A stretch of 64,000 bases of DNA from Okamejei kenojei (Eukaryota). Numbering within the stretch: position 1 is the stretch's first letter; the number at the start of each line of letters is the position of its first letter. Positions 24,199 through 37,642 of this stretch are shown here, piece by piece. The notes beneath the pieces are model-generated. The model was not told where the DNA came from. It made no database searches and saw only the letters and a program-made list of their open reading frames with translations. The stretch spans positions 14,508,001 to 14,572,000 of the forward strand of contig CM069164.1 of the NCBI GenBank assembly GCA_035221665.1. The letters are read 5' to 3'. A program made the translations under genes and the position numbers.

Positions 24199-25658
24199 CA
24201 TGCAGGGACCCAGTTCAGTACAGTTGGCAATATGATTCCACCTTGTTAGTCATTTATTCCTGTTTAAGCCCAAGAGAAGGATGTGTGACAACCCGCACAC
24301 TATTCTGCATGGAATGCAAACAAGGAAGTGCTCTATTTGTCTAATTTCTCTCATTGTCTTGTTGCTTCTACAAGCACACATGACAGGTTCAGAATACTGG
24401 CATACAATGGAAGGCCATTTGGTCCCTCTAGTTGCTCCACCATTTAATATTTACAACCTCAACTCTGCTTCCCTGTCTATCCACGGACACCTTTCACCCT
24501 TTTGAATCTTTCTCGTACCTGATTTAACTCGACTGTAATTAAATACAGTGTTACGTATTATTAACTGTTAGACTTGTCGAGCATTTCCTGTAAGTGCTCC
24601 TCCTAGTTTACAAGGAAAACATAGAGAGAAGATAACGAATATTTTCCAATGGTTGTCAGGAATGTAGACTCTAAAATATATATATTTAAAAGTGATTCTT
24701 GGAAAACTCAGATTAAAATATATAATCATAGTCCCTTTTAACATTGCCATTGTTTATATGTTTTCTTGTTAACACCCAACAACCCACAGTGTCTCAGGCT
24801 GTCCAGTTTCCATTTTTTCAGTAATATTGCCCAATATGTGGAATGTGGAATCCACTGTGATGGATATTTATGTTAACTTTGATGTGGTTGTGTGTCTTGT
24901 TGCTTTTCACATAGTATGGCTGTATGGTAACTCAAATTTCACTGTACCTTAATTGGTACGTGTGACAATAAACTGACATTGCACCTTGAAACCTTGCAAT
25001 ACAAGTAACAGTGACTTGCGTCTGACCTCTCTTGTAAATATTGTCAACCTCTTTGCCAGTAGATCACGACTTCTTGGAACGGCTTGAAAGAGATAGTCAT
25101 CCCATTAGCACATCCTTCATTTATGTTGTAAATAAAAAGTAAAAATAAAGTGTGAATGATGTTGACTTAATGAGGAGTCTGGCTCTTCCAAGGTCATTTC
25201 AAAAGTCTTCCCACTTCATCAGTGCTCTGTACATTTATTGACATCTGCTTTATAATGCTCAGCAATTTATATAATTAGTATAGAGTTGCTTTAGGGGAGA
25301 GGAGGCTGGGATTTTGGAAGCACTCCAAATGAACATGAGGCTAAGCTGCGGTCTAAACTGATCCTTATGATATCTTTTAAAAATATTTAGATAATGAACT
25401 GAAGATGTTTACACTGCAGTGGTTTTAAAATAGAATGATTACAGGAGAAGTCATGATTTCCCCTGATACCCAACTCCTTTTGGCTGAATTGAATTGTGTA
25501 GGGGGTTCTTTGCATCTTGTACAGTAAGATTTGTTTTAGAAACCACTTTGCCCTGTTAAGAATGAAACATAAGTTTGGGGATAGAACCCAAGCTGACTCC
25601 AGATAGCAGTGATCCAACCTCTCTGGAAGATTACTCCTTCTTACTTTAGAGAGAGTGA

Positions 25659-25954
25659 GTTTAGACTTTAGAGGTTTAGCATGGAAACGGGCCCTTTGGG
25701 CCTCCAGGTCTGCACCGACCAGTTATTACCCCGTACACTAGAACTATCATGCACATTAGAGGAAATTTTGAGTTTACAGAAGGCAAACCTGTATGTCTTT
25801 GAAGTGTGGGAGGAAACGAGAGCACCCAGAGAAAACTCATGTGGTCACAGGGTGAAGATGCAAACTCCGTATAGACAGCACCCCCAGTCAGGGATGAACC
25901 TGGGCCTCTGATGCTGTGAGGCAGCAACTCTACCGCTGTGCCACTGTGCTGCCC
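25659..25954 (-). mobile_element. HE1-type SINE
   Basis: Reverse-complement copy ending gcagcaactctaccgctgtgccactgtgctgccc. Confidence 0.85.
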
Positions 25955-26137
25955 TTGTTCCGCCAATATGCTTTTATTTAACTCTGTATAAAGTATAATT
26001 TTCATGCTGTCACAAATTGAAGGTGCAAAATATTTGGAAGTTTTGTTGAAACTATTGGGCATTTCTTAACCAAGTTTGAAATAAATTTAAACATTAAGAA
26101 TAAGGACTCTACTTATATAGGTGTTGAATATTGTGTA

Positions 26138-26372
26138 GTTTAAAGATACAGCATGGAAACAGCACCTTCGGCCCACCAAGTCCATGCTGACTATTGATCA
26201 ACTGTTCCCATTAGTTGTATGTCATCTCAATTTTGAATCCATTTCTGACACACATGGGGCAATTATGTAGAGGCCAATTGACCTCTAAACCAGACAAACT
26301 GAGGTGGTGATTGAACACGGGTCTGTGGCACTATGAGGCAGCAGCTCCACCAGCTGCTCCACTGTGCCGTCC
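26138..26372 (-). mobile_element. HE1-type SINE, internally deleted
   Basis: Reverse-complement tail and head present, middle missing. Confidence 0.75.
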
Positions 26373-26704
26373 TGCCAGTGGGGTAACAAGGACGCAGGGT
26401 AACAAGCACACAGGCGAGGAGATTGGGCACTCATCAAGCTTGTCTGGTTAGATTGAGGTTTATAAACTGGAAAAGATTAATCAGACATCACAATTAGTTA
26501 AACCGAGCCGAGGATTAATGTTAGCAAGCACGCTTTTTCTCTCTCGGATTCTGGCTAGGATTGAACATCTTAGAGCAGAAACATTCTTTGTGTAATTCAA
26601 GAAGCCTTTAAATAGCTTGAGCCAACTGTAAGAGTAAGAGAATGAGTAATAAATGGAATAAAATGGTTTTGTTTTTTTTCTTAACGAATTCCTCTCCTTT
26701 TTAG

Positions 26705-26823
26705 GTGGAAAGCCTCCAGGATTATTTATCTGATGAAGAGAAAGAGATGGTGACATTTGTTCACCTTGTAGAAAATCTATATTCCTCCTCCATACATACT
26801 GTGGAAACTCCTGCATGTAGCAG
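26705..26823 (+). CDS. SPG11: spatacsin exon 13-equivalent (VESLQDYLSDEEKEMVTFVHLVENLY...)
   Basis: tttttag acceptor, gtaaag donor; aligns with human VEILKEKNYFSEKEKRTIDFVHQVEKLY. Confidence 0.9.
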
Positions 26824-27024
26824 GTAAAGTTTAAAAATGTATGATACTCCACAGCAACCAATTGCAGCTCAGGGAAACGTAACGATTTCTGAGTGATGGG
26901 AGAGACCAGAGAATGAATTACTGTCATAAATTCCCTCTCACTATCTGGGTTAAACAGTGAAAGAACACGGCTTGTTAAAGCTGCTGAGATTGGAGGGACA
27001 AAATGACCCTTTCCTTTGTGGTGA

Positions 27025-27191
27025 GAGAGAGAGAGCTAGATAGGGCTCTTACAAATAGCGGAGTCAGGGGATATGGGGAGAAGGCAGGAACGGGGTACTG
27101 ATTGGGGATGATTAGCCATGATCACATTGAATGGTGGTGCTGGCTCGAAGGGCCGAATGGCCTACTCCTGCACCTATTGTCTATTGTCTAT
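27025..27191 (+). mobile_element. short 5'-truncated CR1 insertion
   Basis: CR1 3'UTR with (ctattgt)n tail; TSD TGGTGA (27019-27024, 27192-27197). Confidence 0.8.
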
Positions 27192-27196
27192 TGGTG

Positions 27197-27311
27197 AAGA
27201 TAGACGCAAAAAGCTGGAGTAACTCAGCGGGACAGGCAGCATCTCGGGAGAAAAGGTAGAAAGTAGACTCTGGAGAGAAGGAATTGGTGACGTTTCGGGT
27301 TGAGACCCTTC
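27197..27311 (-). mobile_element. Penelope-derived pLTR fragment
   Basis: 13-bp TSD TTCCTTTGTGGTG (27011-27023, 27312-27324) also encloses a later CR1 insertion. Confidence 0.8.
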
Positions 27312-28530
27312 TTCCTTTGTGGTGTTGCTTTCCTTTGCCATAATACACGTGTAGGCGCTCGTGCAGGATGTTCTAAGATTTACATCCACCCTCTAATCTT
27401 TATAATTTGAAATTTTGCAGGTTTTTTCCTTTTACAAGGCATTTCACAGGAACTTTTTTAGAATGTATTTAGTTTCCTTCCTTCAGGGTTATTATTTAGA
27501 TTCAGTGTTGTATTAAAATGCCCTGTTGTATCTATATTTTTTTAGAATAATTTCTTATTACAAAGGCATACCAAAAACATCCAGTTAGTTTGTTGCTTTG
27601 ATCATCTATAAAGGAATAGCTGGCTGGTTAGTATATTGTATTCAGTACTAAGACATTTTTCTTTTGTAATCTTTTTTTACTGTATCATCTGCACATTTCT
27701 TTTGGGTTTTATCATGCACATGTCAGTAGTTTTTCCAAAATCAGGTAACACATGTAGGAGTAGACTACTCAGCCCCTCGAGCCAGCCCTGCCGATCAATA
27801 TGATCTCTGCTGACCTGAACTCCCCTTCTGTGTCACTTCCCCAGTGGAAGAATGTGAAGGGAATGCAAAGAGATTCATCAGAGCTCCAGTTATAAGAGAT
27901 TGGAAGGGGTTATTCTGAATAAAACAGAGGAGCATAGGAATGACCATATAGAGGTTTATGAAATAATGTCGGGTAGAGATAGGATAGATGGTCAGAATCC
28001 TTTTCCCAGACCTCTATGGCCGCATGTTATTGCAGGGTGCCTGTAGTACAATCCTACTGCTTGCACCTTTCATATTTCTAAGCTCTACCCATATCGTCAC
28101 AGCACACAAACCCACCTGCACGTTCTCTCTGAGTGCTGCCTTGGCAGTCTCCCTGATTAGTAGCGCAAATGCTCCGCCTCTTGTGCCTCCCACTCTGAAG
28201 ATTCTGACTGCCCACACAATCTATCCCTCTCACAATCATAAAAATTTCTATTGAGTCTCTCCATGGCTTCCCATCTCCAGAGAAAACAATCTAACTTGCC
28301 TCTCGTTGGAAGTAATACCTGTTGGGCTGTAGCTATGGATAGTGTGTGGAGTGAGAGGAAGCTGAATTTACAGTAAATAAGCTTCCTTACAAACTTTACA
28401 AATGACTTTCCACATGCCATGTTATTTGCAGATAGAATAGAATGTGTGAATTTTTGATGCTGGACAAATAGTGAGGCGACTCCTATGTTCTTTTGTTAAT
28501 GTTATTTTGTCTATTTTTCACTGTCTAACT

Positions 28531-29133
28531 CAGGGGTGAGGAACCTGTGACTTTAAGGCCGCGTGCGGCCTTCTAGGCCATTAAGTACGGCCTTTTGAAT
28601 GAATCCAAATTTTGTAGAACAAATCCTTTTATTTTTATTTAAGAAGGAACTGCAGATGCTAGAAAATTGAAGGTAGACAAAAATGCTGGAGAAACTCAGC
28701 GGGTAAGGCAGCATCTATGGAGCGAAGGAAATAGGCGATGTTTGGGGTCGAGACCCTTCTTCAGGTCTGAAGAAGGGTTTCGACCCGAAACATTGCCTAT
28801 TTCTTTCGCTCCATAGATGCTGCCTCACCTGCTAAGTTCCTCCAGCATTTTTGTCTACCTTTTATTTTTATTAATATGTTTTTGTTCGTTTTATTATTTT
28901 TATTTTAATCTTAAAATGAACGTATTTAAAATACCAAAGATTAAAAGAAGATTCAACAAAATAATCCTCCCCGACTGACGGCCACAATTAAAACATTAGT
29001 AAGTCATGAGGGCTATTTTAACAAAATAATGTAAATTTTGAAGTATATCTAATTGAAGTTTCTTGGGTGCGGCCTTATTAGGTAACAACTAACTTAATGC
29101 GGCATTCCAACATGAAAATGTCCCCCACCCCTG
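28531..29133. mobile_element. hAT (Charlie-like) non-autonomous DNA transposon
   Basis: TIRs CAGGGGTGAGGAAC and GTCCCCCACCCCTG; perfect 8-bp TSD GTCTAACT (28523-28530, 29134-29141). Confidence 0.88.
28640..28857. mobile_element. Penelope-derived palindromic mini-element nested in a hAT MITE
   Basis: 15-bp TSD CCTTTTATTTTTATT (28625-28639, 28858-28872); about 94-bp arms 28671-28764 and 28767-28860. Confidence 0.85.
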
Positions 29134-29784
29134 GTCTAACTGCTCCAATTCACTCGTTAACCAGATAACCTTGTTCACAATTTATCCCCCATGGTCACCC
29201 CAGTTTGAATCTATTAGAGATATTCCATCTCCCCCACCCACCCTTCAATTTAATCATTCTTTTGTCTCCTTCCCAGTTCAGCAAAAGGGTCTTCAACCTG
29301 AAAAAATAGCTCTGTTTCTCTTTCTGCAGATGTGCCTTGATCTAACTATTCCCAGTATTGAGTCTAAAGAGTGGTCTCAACCCAAAACCTTGTCCATTTC
29401 TATCCATAGATGCTGCCTGACCCACTGAGTTCTTCCAGCAGTTTTCTGCTCAAGATTCCAGCATCTGCAATCTCTCGTGTCTCTATTCTCAGAATCTTCT
29501 GTTATTATTCCATTCAAAATTTTATTTTCCATTCATTTGTTTTTCTAATTGGAAGGATTATTTCTCTGACGATCTGAAACTTACGGAAGAAAAATGTATG
29601 CATATTTTTTATCAAAATGCAAATCTATTCCAGCTTTAGATGTGTAGCTGGTGGATGGTTTCCAACTAAGTAAATCAATGCTAATGCACTCATTAAGCTG
29701 TACTGCTGTTATGCAAAAGCTTTTGCATTATTACAGGATATTCATTTAACATCTGAAATATGTGATAATCATCGTTGAGTTTTA

Positions 29785-29992
29785 GACAATAGCAATAGGT
29801 GCAGGAGTAGGCCATTTGGCCCTTTGAGCCAGCACCGCCGTTCAATGTGATCATGGCTGATCATCCCCAATCAGTATCCCGTTCCTGCCTTCTACCCATA
29901 TCCCCTATCTTTAAGAGCCCTATCTAGCTCTCTCTTGTAAGTATCCAGAGAACCGGCCTCCACCGCCCTCTGAGGCAGAGAATTCCACAGAC
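29785..29992 (-). mobile_element. CR1 3' end, same subfamily as 27025-27191, inverted
   Basis: agacaatagcaataggtgcaggagtaggccatt...gaattccacaga. Confidence 0.8.
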
Positions 29993-32033
29993 GTGGAAAG
30001 GTTTTCACTGTTTGATAATAAAAGGGGCCATATTTATTGAATGAAAACGATCATAATATATTATGATCATATATATAGTATGTATACTAGTTCATAGTGC
30101 ACAAGTTCGTTTTTTTTTTTAAAGCCTTCAGAATACCAAGAGTTATGCTGCTTTTCAGCAGTGCTACAGTTTTCATCAAAACCCGTTACACAGATGGTCG
30201 TCTTGACGTATATTTACATAGGAGAAGCCAGAGTATTTATCATTGTCGATTCCCCATGCTTCTCCCTTATCTCATTTTTTCCTTCCTCGCTTTTTTTACA
30301 AAACTTTCATTCCATACAGCTGATGTTGCACCATACATGTGGAGAAACACTAAACATGTGAAACATGGGGGTCATACTTTACGTACAGTTTGAATATAGA
30401 CACTACAGTGCTTATTAGTGTGGCACTAAAGGCCTATTCCTCTTGAATATTCCTTTGGAGCATGGGTGTCATTTTCAGAGAAACAGCATGTTGGCATTTT
30501 TATTATGCTTTTTGATGAACTAATGTGACCAAATGTAATAGGTTTCTCTTACCTCTTTAAAGTTTTTAGGTACTTTGGATTCGCTTCTAAAATATATCAT
30601 CTAAACAATTCCAGTAAATAAATATTTGCCACTGACTGTTCACTGTTGTCATCAATTAACATATTAAATATCTTGTATTTACATGTACTACTTGTCAGTT
30701 TTTACATTGTGGGTTTCCAGGTATCCACTTTAAACCATTAATTATGCATCTTAGTATTACTAGTAGTTTTGCAGCTGAAAGGAAGTAATTACAACATAAA
30801 CAGCTTTAACGGGGTAGCCTTTATTACAGATAAGACATATAAATAATGTCATACTGAAGAGCATATTGCACCTGTAAGCCTGGTGAATATATGTCCACCC
30901 AACTCTTCTTTAATCGAAGGCCGTATATGGTCCTGACTTGGGTACGACAGACCATTCTGCCTAATTGATTTAAGCTCGACTTGAGCTATTCATCTTACAC
31001 CGTCAATATTCTACTCTCCTTTGTTTTATTTAGCCAACTGCGTGAATGCATCTCTGATATTTAATACAACTGTTCCCTGTGAGTTGCATATTCTCACCAC
31101 ACTTTAGGTAAAAAGGGTTCTCTTCTATTCTCTCTTGGATTTATTATTGATAATCCGGCATTGATACAGCCCTAGCCTCATGTTTTAGTCTTTCACACAT
31201 GTAGACATCAATAGTTGAGTTCCATTGTGTGGTGCATTCCGTTTTCTGATTTCAATGCCTGGTTGAATGTCTGCTTCACAATTCCTTGTCAAGAATCTGT
31301 GAGCCATGGCCCTGGCCATTTTCAAATCCACTTCTGAGTCATTTATATATTTTTTTGCAACTTTTGAGGTCGGTTCCTATTGTGACATCAGATGGCAAAA
31401 TGTTCAAAAGTTCCTTGCAGCAAAAAAATTATGCAATATGTTCTCTCGATAGTTTACTGTATTTACCCTGTGGTTATCTGTACCACGCTACAAACCACAT
31501 CTCCTGACCTGATCTCAATCAAGCTGATGGGGCCTTTGCACATGTTGGAATTGAGCAATCTTGCTAGTTTCTCTGTCATTCTTAATTGTATCCAATGTGC
31601 ATGTCAAAATTGTGAAGACAAGATAGTGAAAAGCTCCAGACATTTTGTCAAAATTGACACAACAAATGCCTATGTGTGGAGATGTATTGGACAGAGACAC
31701 TGGTTACTGGCCTGACAATGTTTTCAGGGAGATGTGGCGGAGGGTTTAATTTAGCTATGGGGAGCTGTAAAAACTATTTCAATAATGATTATTTAAAAAT
31801 AAATTCAGCATTATTTAATCAAGGAAGTAGCATTGTGGATTTTTAGTGTTGGAACGGCAAAGAGTAGTTATTTGTAATAGTTGTAAATTAATTTACCATG
31901 TGTAAAACTGCTTGCATTTTGAGTTTTCTCATCTCGACAACTAGAGCTTAGTGTAATTATCTTTGCAGCAACAAATTGATTTAACGTTCAGAAGCCATAT
32001 CGTGCAAAGTGCTAATTACATGAATCTTTCCAG

Positions 32034-32224
32034 CTTATTTCAGGCTGAAGATGTTGATCCCAGATATTCTGCTGTTCTGGAACAAATCATGAACAGTAAA
32101 GTTGGGAACTCTGAGCATCCTTCACAAAGAAACCCAAGTTGTTGTATGGTCATACTGAATTGGGCCAAATGGTGGGATAGCAATTCAAAGGAGCGAATTC
32201 GATTATCCCGAGGATTCGATATAG
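32034..32224 (+). CDS. SPG11: spatacsin exon 14-equivalent (LFQAEDVDPRYSAVLEQ...ILNWAKWWD...GFDI)
   Basis: ctttccag acceptor (phase 2), gtatgt donor; LNWA.WWD motif; a second in-frame acceptor exists at 31991. Confidence 0.88.
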
Positions 32225-33722
32225 GTATGTTTGTCTTTTGCTACAGTTCTGAAGAGCATAATTTACATGAGCATATGATCCTTGTGACAACGTTGTAAAG
32301 GTTTCTTGACCCAAAAGCTAAACATTGGAAACATTTTTGTCTCTGTGGTCCCATCTGCAATCCTCAAGGACTAGAAATGGTTCATTGGTGCCCAAAACAT
32401 CACCATTAAATTAGTATCTCAATCTCATTATTTGAAAGAATATTTTCAAGACTGGATTTGGGTAAAGACCTAAGGTCTTTAATTACATTGAACACAGAAC
32501 AGTATAGCACCGGACCTTCAGCCCTGCCGAATGTCTCTGCCGAACATGATGCCAAAACCAACTATTTTCTGCCTGCACATAATTCATATCCCTCTATTCT
32601 CTGCATGGGCCTATCCAACAGTTTTAAATACCACATAAGTCTCTTAAACCCTACAGCTACTCATTCCCTCTGTGTCAGGGCTGGATCTGTGTGTGACAGA
32701 GCTTGATTGTGGAGCCTTTTGATACCATGTCCCTTTTACAATGCTTCAAACATTGTAGGTGCTCAAATCCTGCTCATTTTCAAGCAAGAACCCATTAAAA
32801 TGTCCTGCAACGTGGATATGTTCTGAAACGGCACCTATCCACGTTCTCCAGAGATGCGGCCTGACTCGCTGAGTTACTCCAGCACTCTGTATCTTTTTCT
32901 GTAAACCAGTATCTGTAGTTCCTTGTATCCATAATGTCCTGCATGTCGATCTTGGCTGTAGATGGAGAAGAATGAATCGCTCACTCACAATCTCAGAGGT
33001 TCTAAAGCTCTTTCCATGTTTTTACTATTTTAAGCATTGTTACTATTCCAATATTGTTAAGCATTTCCTTCCATGAATGATAGTGGTGAATAAGATGGAT
33101 TTTTCTGACAATTGGGTACTTTCTTGGACACCATCACTTATATTAGTTTTTTGATTCCAGAGGATATTTAATTAACTGAACTTAATTTTGCAAGGGCCAT
33201 GGTAGAATTTACTCAATATTTACTCCAAGCTAAGTAGCGCAGCGATTAACTTGCTCACCGCCTCCTCATCAGGATAATTGGGGATGTGCATTAAATTGCC
33301 CATAATACACAAATCTACAGAGGAAATAAGCATTGACTTTCTGAAATGCAATTACAATATCAATTACACATATTTGTTTCGTAGGAACAAAAAAAATGAT
33401 GCTATTCAGATCCGCTGAGGGTGTTTTTCTTAAATATTGGCATTTTCCCCATACACATTCTGATTCCATGTTCCTTCTGTAATGTTTAAAACACTACATG
33501 CTCAAGTACTGCCATTTTTCAGGAAGAAGAGCCTAACTTTCCACAGTAGAGTTATTTTCTGAACCCTCTCGGGTCTTGGATGCCTTCATAGTGTGGTGGG
33601 ATCCAAATGAGGGCCATGTAATTTCATACTGTTATTTTGCCTTTTGTTTAGAATTGAATATAGAGAATCTTTTATCAAATATATTGTTAATTAGTGATGC
33701 TGTTGCACAAATATTTTCACAG

Positions 33723-33921
33723 CAATTCAGTCCAGCAGTCCCGAGGTACTGTGGAGCTACCTCACTTCCAGACATAGTTGGGCCAGAATTTCTAACTGGA
33801 TCCAAGTCTTCCAGAGTAGTGAGCCTTCTGCAAACTGGCCAACTCTAACAGCCGAGATTGTGAATCAGAACACGTGTTGCAGTCGCTACATGAGAAATGA
33901 AATATTAGACAAACTAGCAAG
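33723..33921 (+). CDS. SPG11: spatacsin exon 15-equivalent (IQSSSPEVLWSYLTSRH...YMRNEILDKLAR)
   Basis: ttcacag acceptor, gtaaat donor. Confidence 0.95.
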
Positions 33922-36900
33922 GTAAATATTAAATGTCACTCTTAAATGCACCAACTTAAGCAAGCAGAATTCAACTGCTCACACTGTTTGGATGATATCT
34001 AAGGAAGGAATTGGTTCTGGTACAATTGAATGGATGCAGATTATTAACATTTTAGGCATGTAGCGTGTGTGTGTGCGCGCTATATTTAGGTTGACTTTCT
34101 CTATTGCCCATGTAATGGATTCCTGAACTCAACATATAGCAGAACAATTCATACTTGAATGCATGTCTTCTCTTCATGGAATCAAAGATCCTAATGGCAG
34201 AGAGAAAGGTGGTTCATTCCATTGAATCCATGCCAGCTGAGAAAGATCTAGCCCATCAGGTGCATTCTTTTCCATTGAATGAGGATTCTTTAATCCCTCT
34301 TTCATGCAGTGTTCTCCAGTATTCCATATGCCTTACATAAGCGAAAACTGTCCTAACCCTCACCTGCCCCTTTCCCCATGTTCTCAGCAAGTTCTTCCAG
34401 CCGTTTTACCTTTCTCCACAAACCATCAGAATTTTGCGTGCCTTATTTAAATTTTCCCTTGACCACTCTGATCCAAAGAAAGCAAAGCCCAGCCGACTCA
34501 ATCTTTCTTTACAATTAGAATTTTATGTTCCTGGCAAATGCTCTCCGCACCCTTTCCAGTGCTATCACTTCTCTCCTGTAATTTTGTGATCAGATTGCTC
34601 ACAGCACTCCCAAGATCTGACTAATGTGCACACCATTTGAACTTGACCCCCCCTCTCCATGACCTTGCATTTCAGCTATGATGGTGAAGGCAAGCATTCT
34701 GTATGGTTCATGTCTTCAGAATAAACATTGGCAGGTTACTTAAACAATCCTCTCAAAGGATTAGAATGTGAGGTTAAGAAAATAAATGTTCTAATAGCCT
34801 ATTCTGTTTGATGTTTTCCTTTTATATAAAATGGATTATTACTAATACATTTCAAGCAACAAGCTTGAGACAATTCAATACCTTAAATCCGCAGTCCTGC
34901 TTAAATCCACAGCTGCTTTGTCAGCATTCTATTATCAAGAATGTGGTTAACAAAAATAATTATTTCACATGAAATTGGAAAATATGCTTGTTGCACCAAT
35001 ATAAATTGCATTAACTCTGAATATATTACTAGAACACAACTCCCCTGCAGCTGCTGGGGGTACACAAAAAGCTTCAGCGGGTGCCCACAGACCCTTCAGT
35101 CTACTCCCCTGCAGCGAATTCACCCACTGAACCCCTTTATAATTCCATCTCCTCCATTCAGAAGATCCTTAAAAGCTACCTCTCCGAACACTCTTTTGAT
35201 CGTCGAGCGTAATGTCACTTTGTGTAATTTGGTGTCACATGCTGTTAAACGTTGTGCCTGTGAAACCACTCGGAATGTTTTCCGGTATTAATGATCCTAT
35301 CCAGTGCTTTTTATGTGACGGAACATGCCGGTGCCATGCACTGGCATCTCTAAAAGATTAAAAGGAGACATTAACACTGCGTGAACTTATATATGCATAC
35401 TAGCTCCTAGATGCTTACATTAAAAAAAAACACTGGTGCTATCCAAGTGAAATTGGTTGCTGCTGCTGCTGATTTAACCGTATGCAATACCTTTTCCTTA
35501 CAGTGTCTTTCTTCTCGGTTGGAAACCTTATGTTTGTAATATAATTAACTGGTTCCAGGAACGTTTGTGAACTTTTGTCCCAATGAACTATGATGCTCTT
35601 AATACTGCAAAGAATAGTATCGTATATCACTTACATAGAATCTTCTGTGTTCATGTATTGTCATGACACATGCCTTAAGTAAAAGTGTCAAACTATACAA
35701 ACTGTTCATTGACTCCGAATTGCAATTAAGAGTGTTGGGTTTGGAGGAGAGATGATAAATGTCTTGTTTGTCCTTGGGGAGGCTTGTTGGAGTGAAATAC
35801 AGTATTACACTGCAGATGTACTGTATGAGAAGTCCGTGATGAACCCATTGGTTAGGATCATGATCTGCTTGTCACTGAGTAACAGTGCAATGGTAATGGA
35901 TTTCTAAGGACTACCATATTTGAGAAGGATTCTCTGTAATGCCCTTGCGTGATATGCACATTCAGTGACTCAAGTCCAAATCATTGTTGATTTTTTCCAC
36001 TGAAGCATTTGAAAGTATGGTCTTTACACTTAATTCAGGAGGGCCAACTGCGCAGCCTACCACCTCCCCCATCTTGCACACGACTCTTGGAAGCATAGAT
36101 TATCTGGCATTTCTTGGGAGCCACCTCTCAACGAAAGCTCCAGTATACCAATGCAAGTGCGTTCAACAGTGCTTGAAGACTAACCTCATGGTCTACCAAG
36201 TGGTCTGTGTCTTCCCGTATTGTGGGAGATGTGGACAACATGCAGGAGGCAGTTCAGAGCACTGGGAAAGTACCATCTGTTGGCAGGATAGGTGAACTAA
36301 AGTCATAGTCCTCTCCCAGAACAATGACCGCTGCATCAAGGCTCTGACCACACTCAAAACCAACTCCAATGGACAGGACAGGTTGTCCTGACACTGGATC
36401 CCTAAAAACAAGCACAGTGCTCTGAACTCCATCATGGCAAGACTTTTCACAGGGGACACACTTCAACAAGGTTCTCAAGCATACTCCCTGACTATTCGTA
36501 ATCTCTGACCAATTATTCTTCAATATGGAGGGGAAGCATCCAGCAGAGCACTAACATCTTAAGTCTCAATGGCAGATGTGTACACAGGTGTGTATACAGG
36601 CAACTGGACATTTTAGTTTATTGTTATACAAAATTAGACAATTCACATGTACTTTCTCAACATTGAACATTCCCAAAACATTTTTTGGAATTCAGTGCCA
36701 CAAAATGCTGATATTGCCAGATGTAGTAAGCACTGGGCAATAACTAGTATCCAAATAGTGTAGCCCTGGTCTCCTTTTCTTTCCAAGTGTGGACCAGTAA
36801 TCAGCCATTATATGATTAGCTGGCAGAGATTACTTGAAGGGCTGAGCGGCCTAATGCACCTAATTTATACCTTTTGTATGGTAAATAAGGGTACGTCGTG

Positions 36901-36962
36901 AATTGTTTTACATCTTGACATTTTGTTTTGAAGTTTATATTTTTGTATTTGTTTTAAAACAG

Positions 36963-37166
36963 AAAAAGGATATTCATCCCATCGGAGGTTGCAGACTTTG
37001 AACAGCTCTTGGCAAGGCTTAGTTGCACAGGGGGAGTGATGCAGGTCCCTCACCTAGTTCCAGTGTATCAGTCCAGTGAAGGACTTCATTTCCATAGCTG
37101 TTTCATCCTCCACTGCCTCAAGTACGAGCAGCGCTATCTCCTGTATGCTTATTTGGATTATTATGG
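36963..37166 (+). CDS. SPG11: spatacsin exon 16-equivalent (KRIFIPSEVADFEQLL...LYAYLDYY)
   Basis: aaacag acceptor, gtaagt donor; 204 nt. Confidence 0.94.
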
Positions 37167-37642
37167 GTAAGTGGAGCTCTGTGCAGATCATGGTATGTAT
37201 GTATGACAACCTTGAAATTGTTTAATGAGATCCCAATTCTCCAAAGAATAGTACTGTGAAATGATGGAAACTCAACAAACTACTCACATTCTGTCTATCA
37301 AGCACTCCAAATCATGTTGCACTTATAGAACTAAATTCATGTGCAAATTGTATATACTTGAAATATTTTGAAAGAAGTTAAATAGAACTATAAAATGCTA
37401 GAAATCCTCCCTGTTATCTAAAGCAGCATGTGTGAATAAGAGGAATATAATTATCACTTCAGCTTGCTGATTGAACACTGGCCCTTTCAGACCTGTAGCA
37501 GTAATAGTTACTTACTCTAGAGATGCAAAATGGAGTTGAGTTTCTGGCCTGCTGAACTTGCTGTTCTCTGCCAGAACCCATCTGAACAAAGGGAGCAGCC
37601 TAGTCAATATTTCCATTCATATAGGCATGCATTCATATATGT

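Noticed and set aside
26675-26704. TTCTTAAC near the exon 13 acceptor (and TCCTTTAAC at exon 11) as U12 branch points
   Set aside because: The matching donors (gtaggg, gtaagt) are U2-type.
28741-28795. Two active hammerheads at the palindrome centre
   Set aside because: Both cores are mutated (CAAA on the minus strand, GAAACAUU on the plus strand), and the long hairpin would sequester them.
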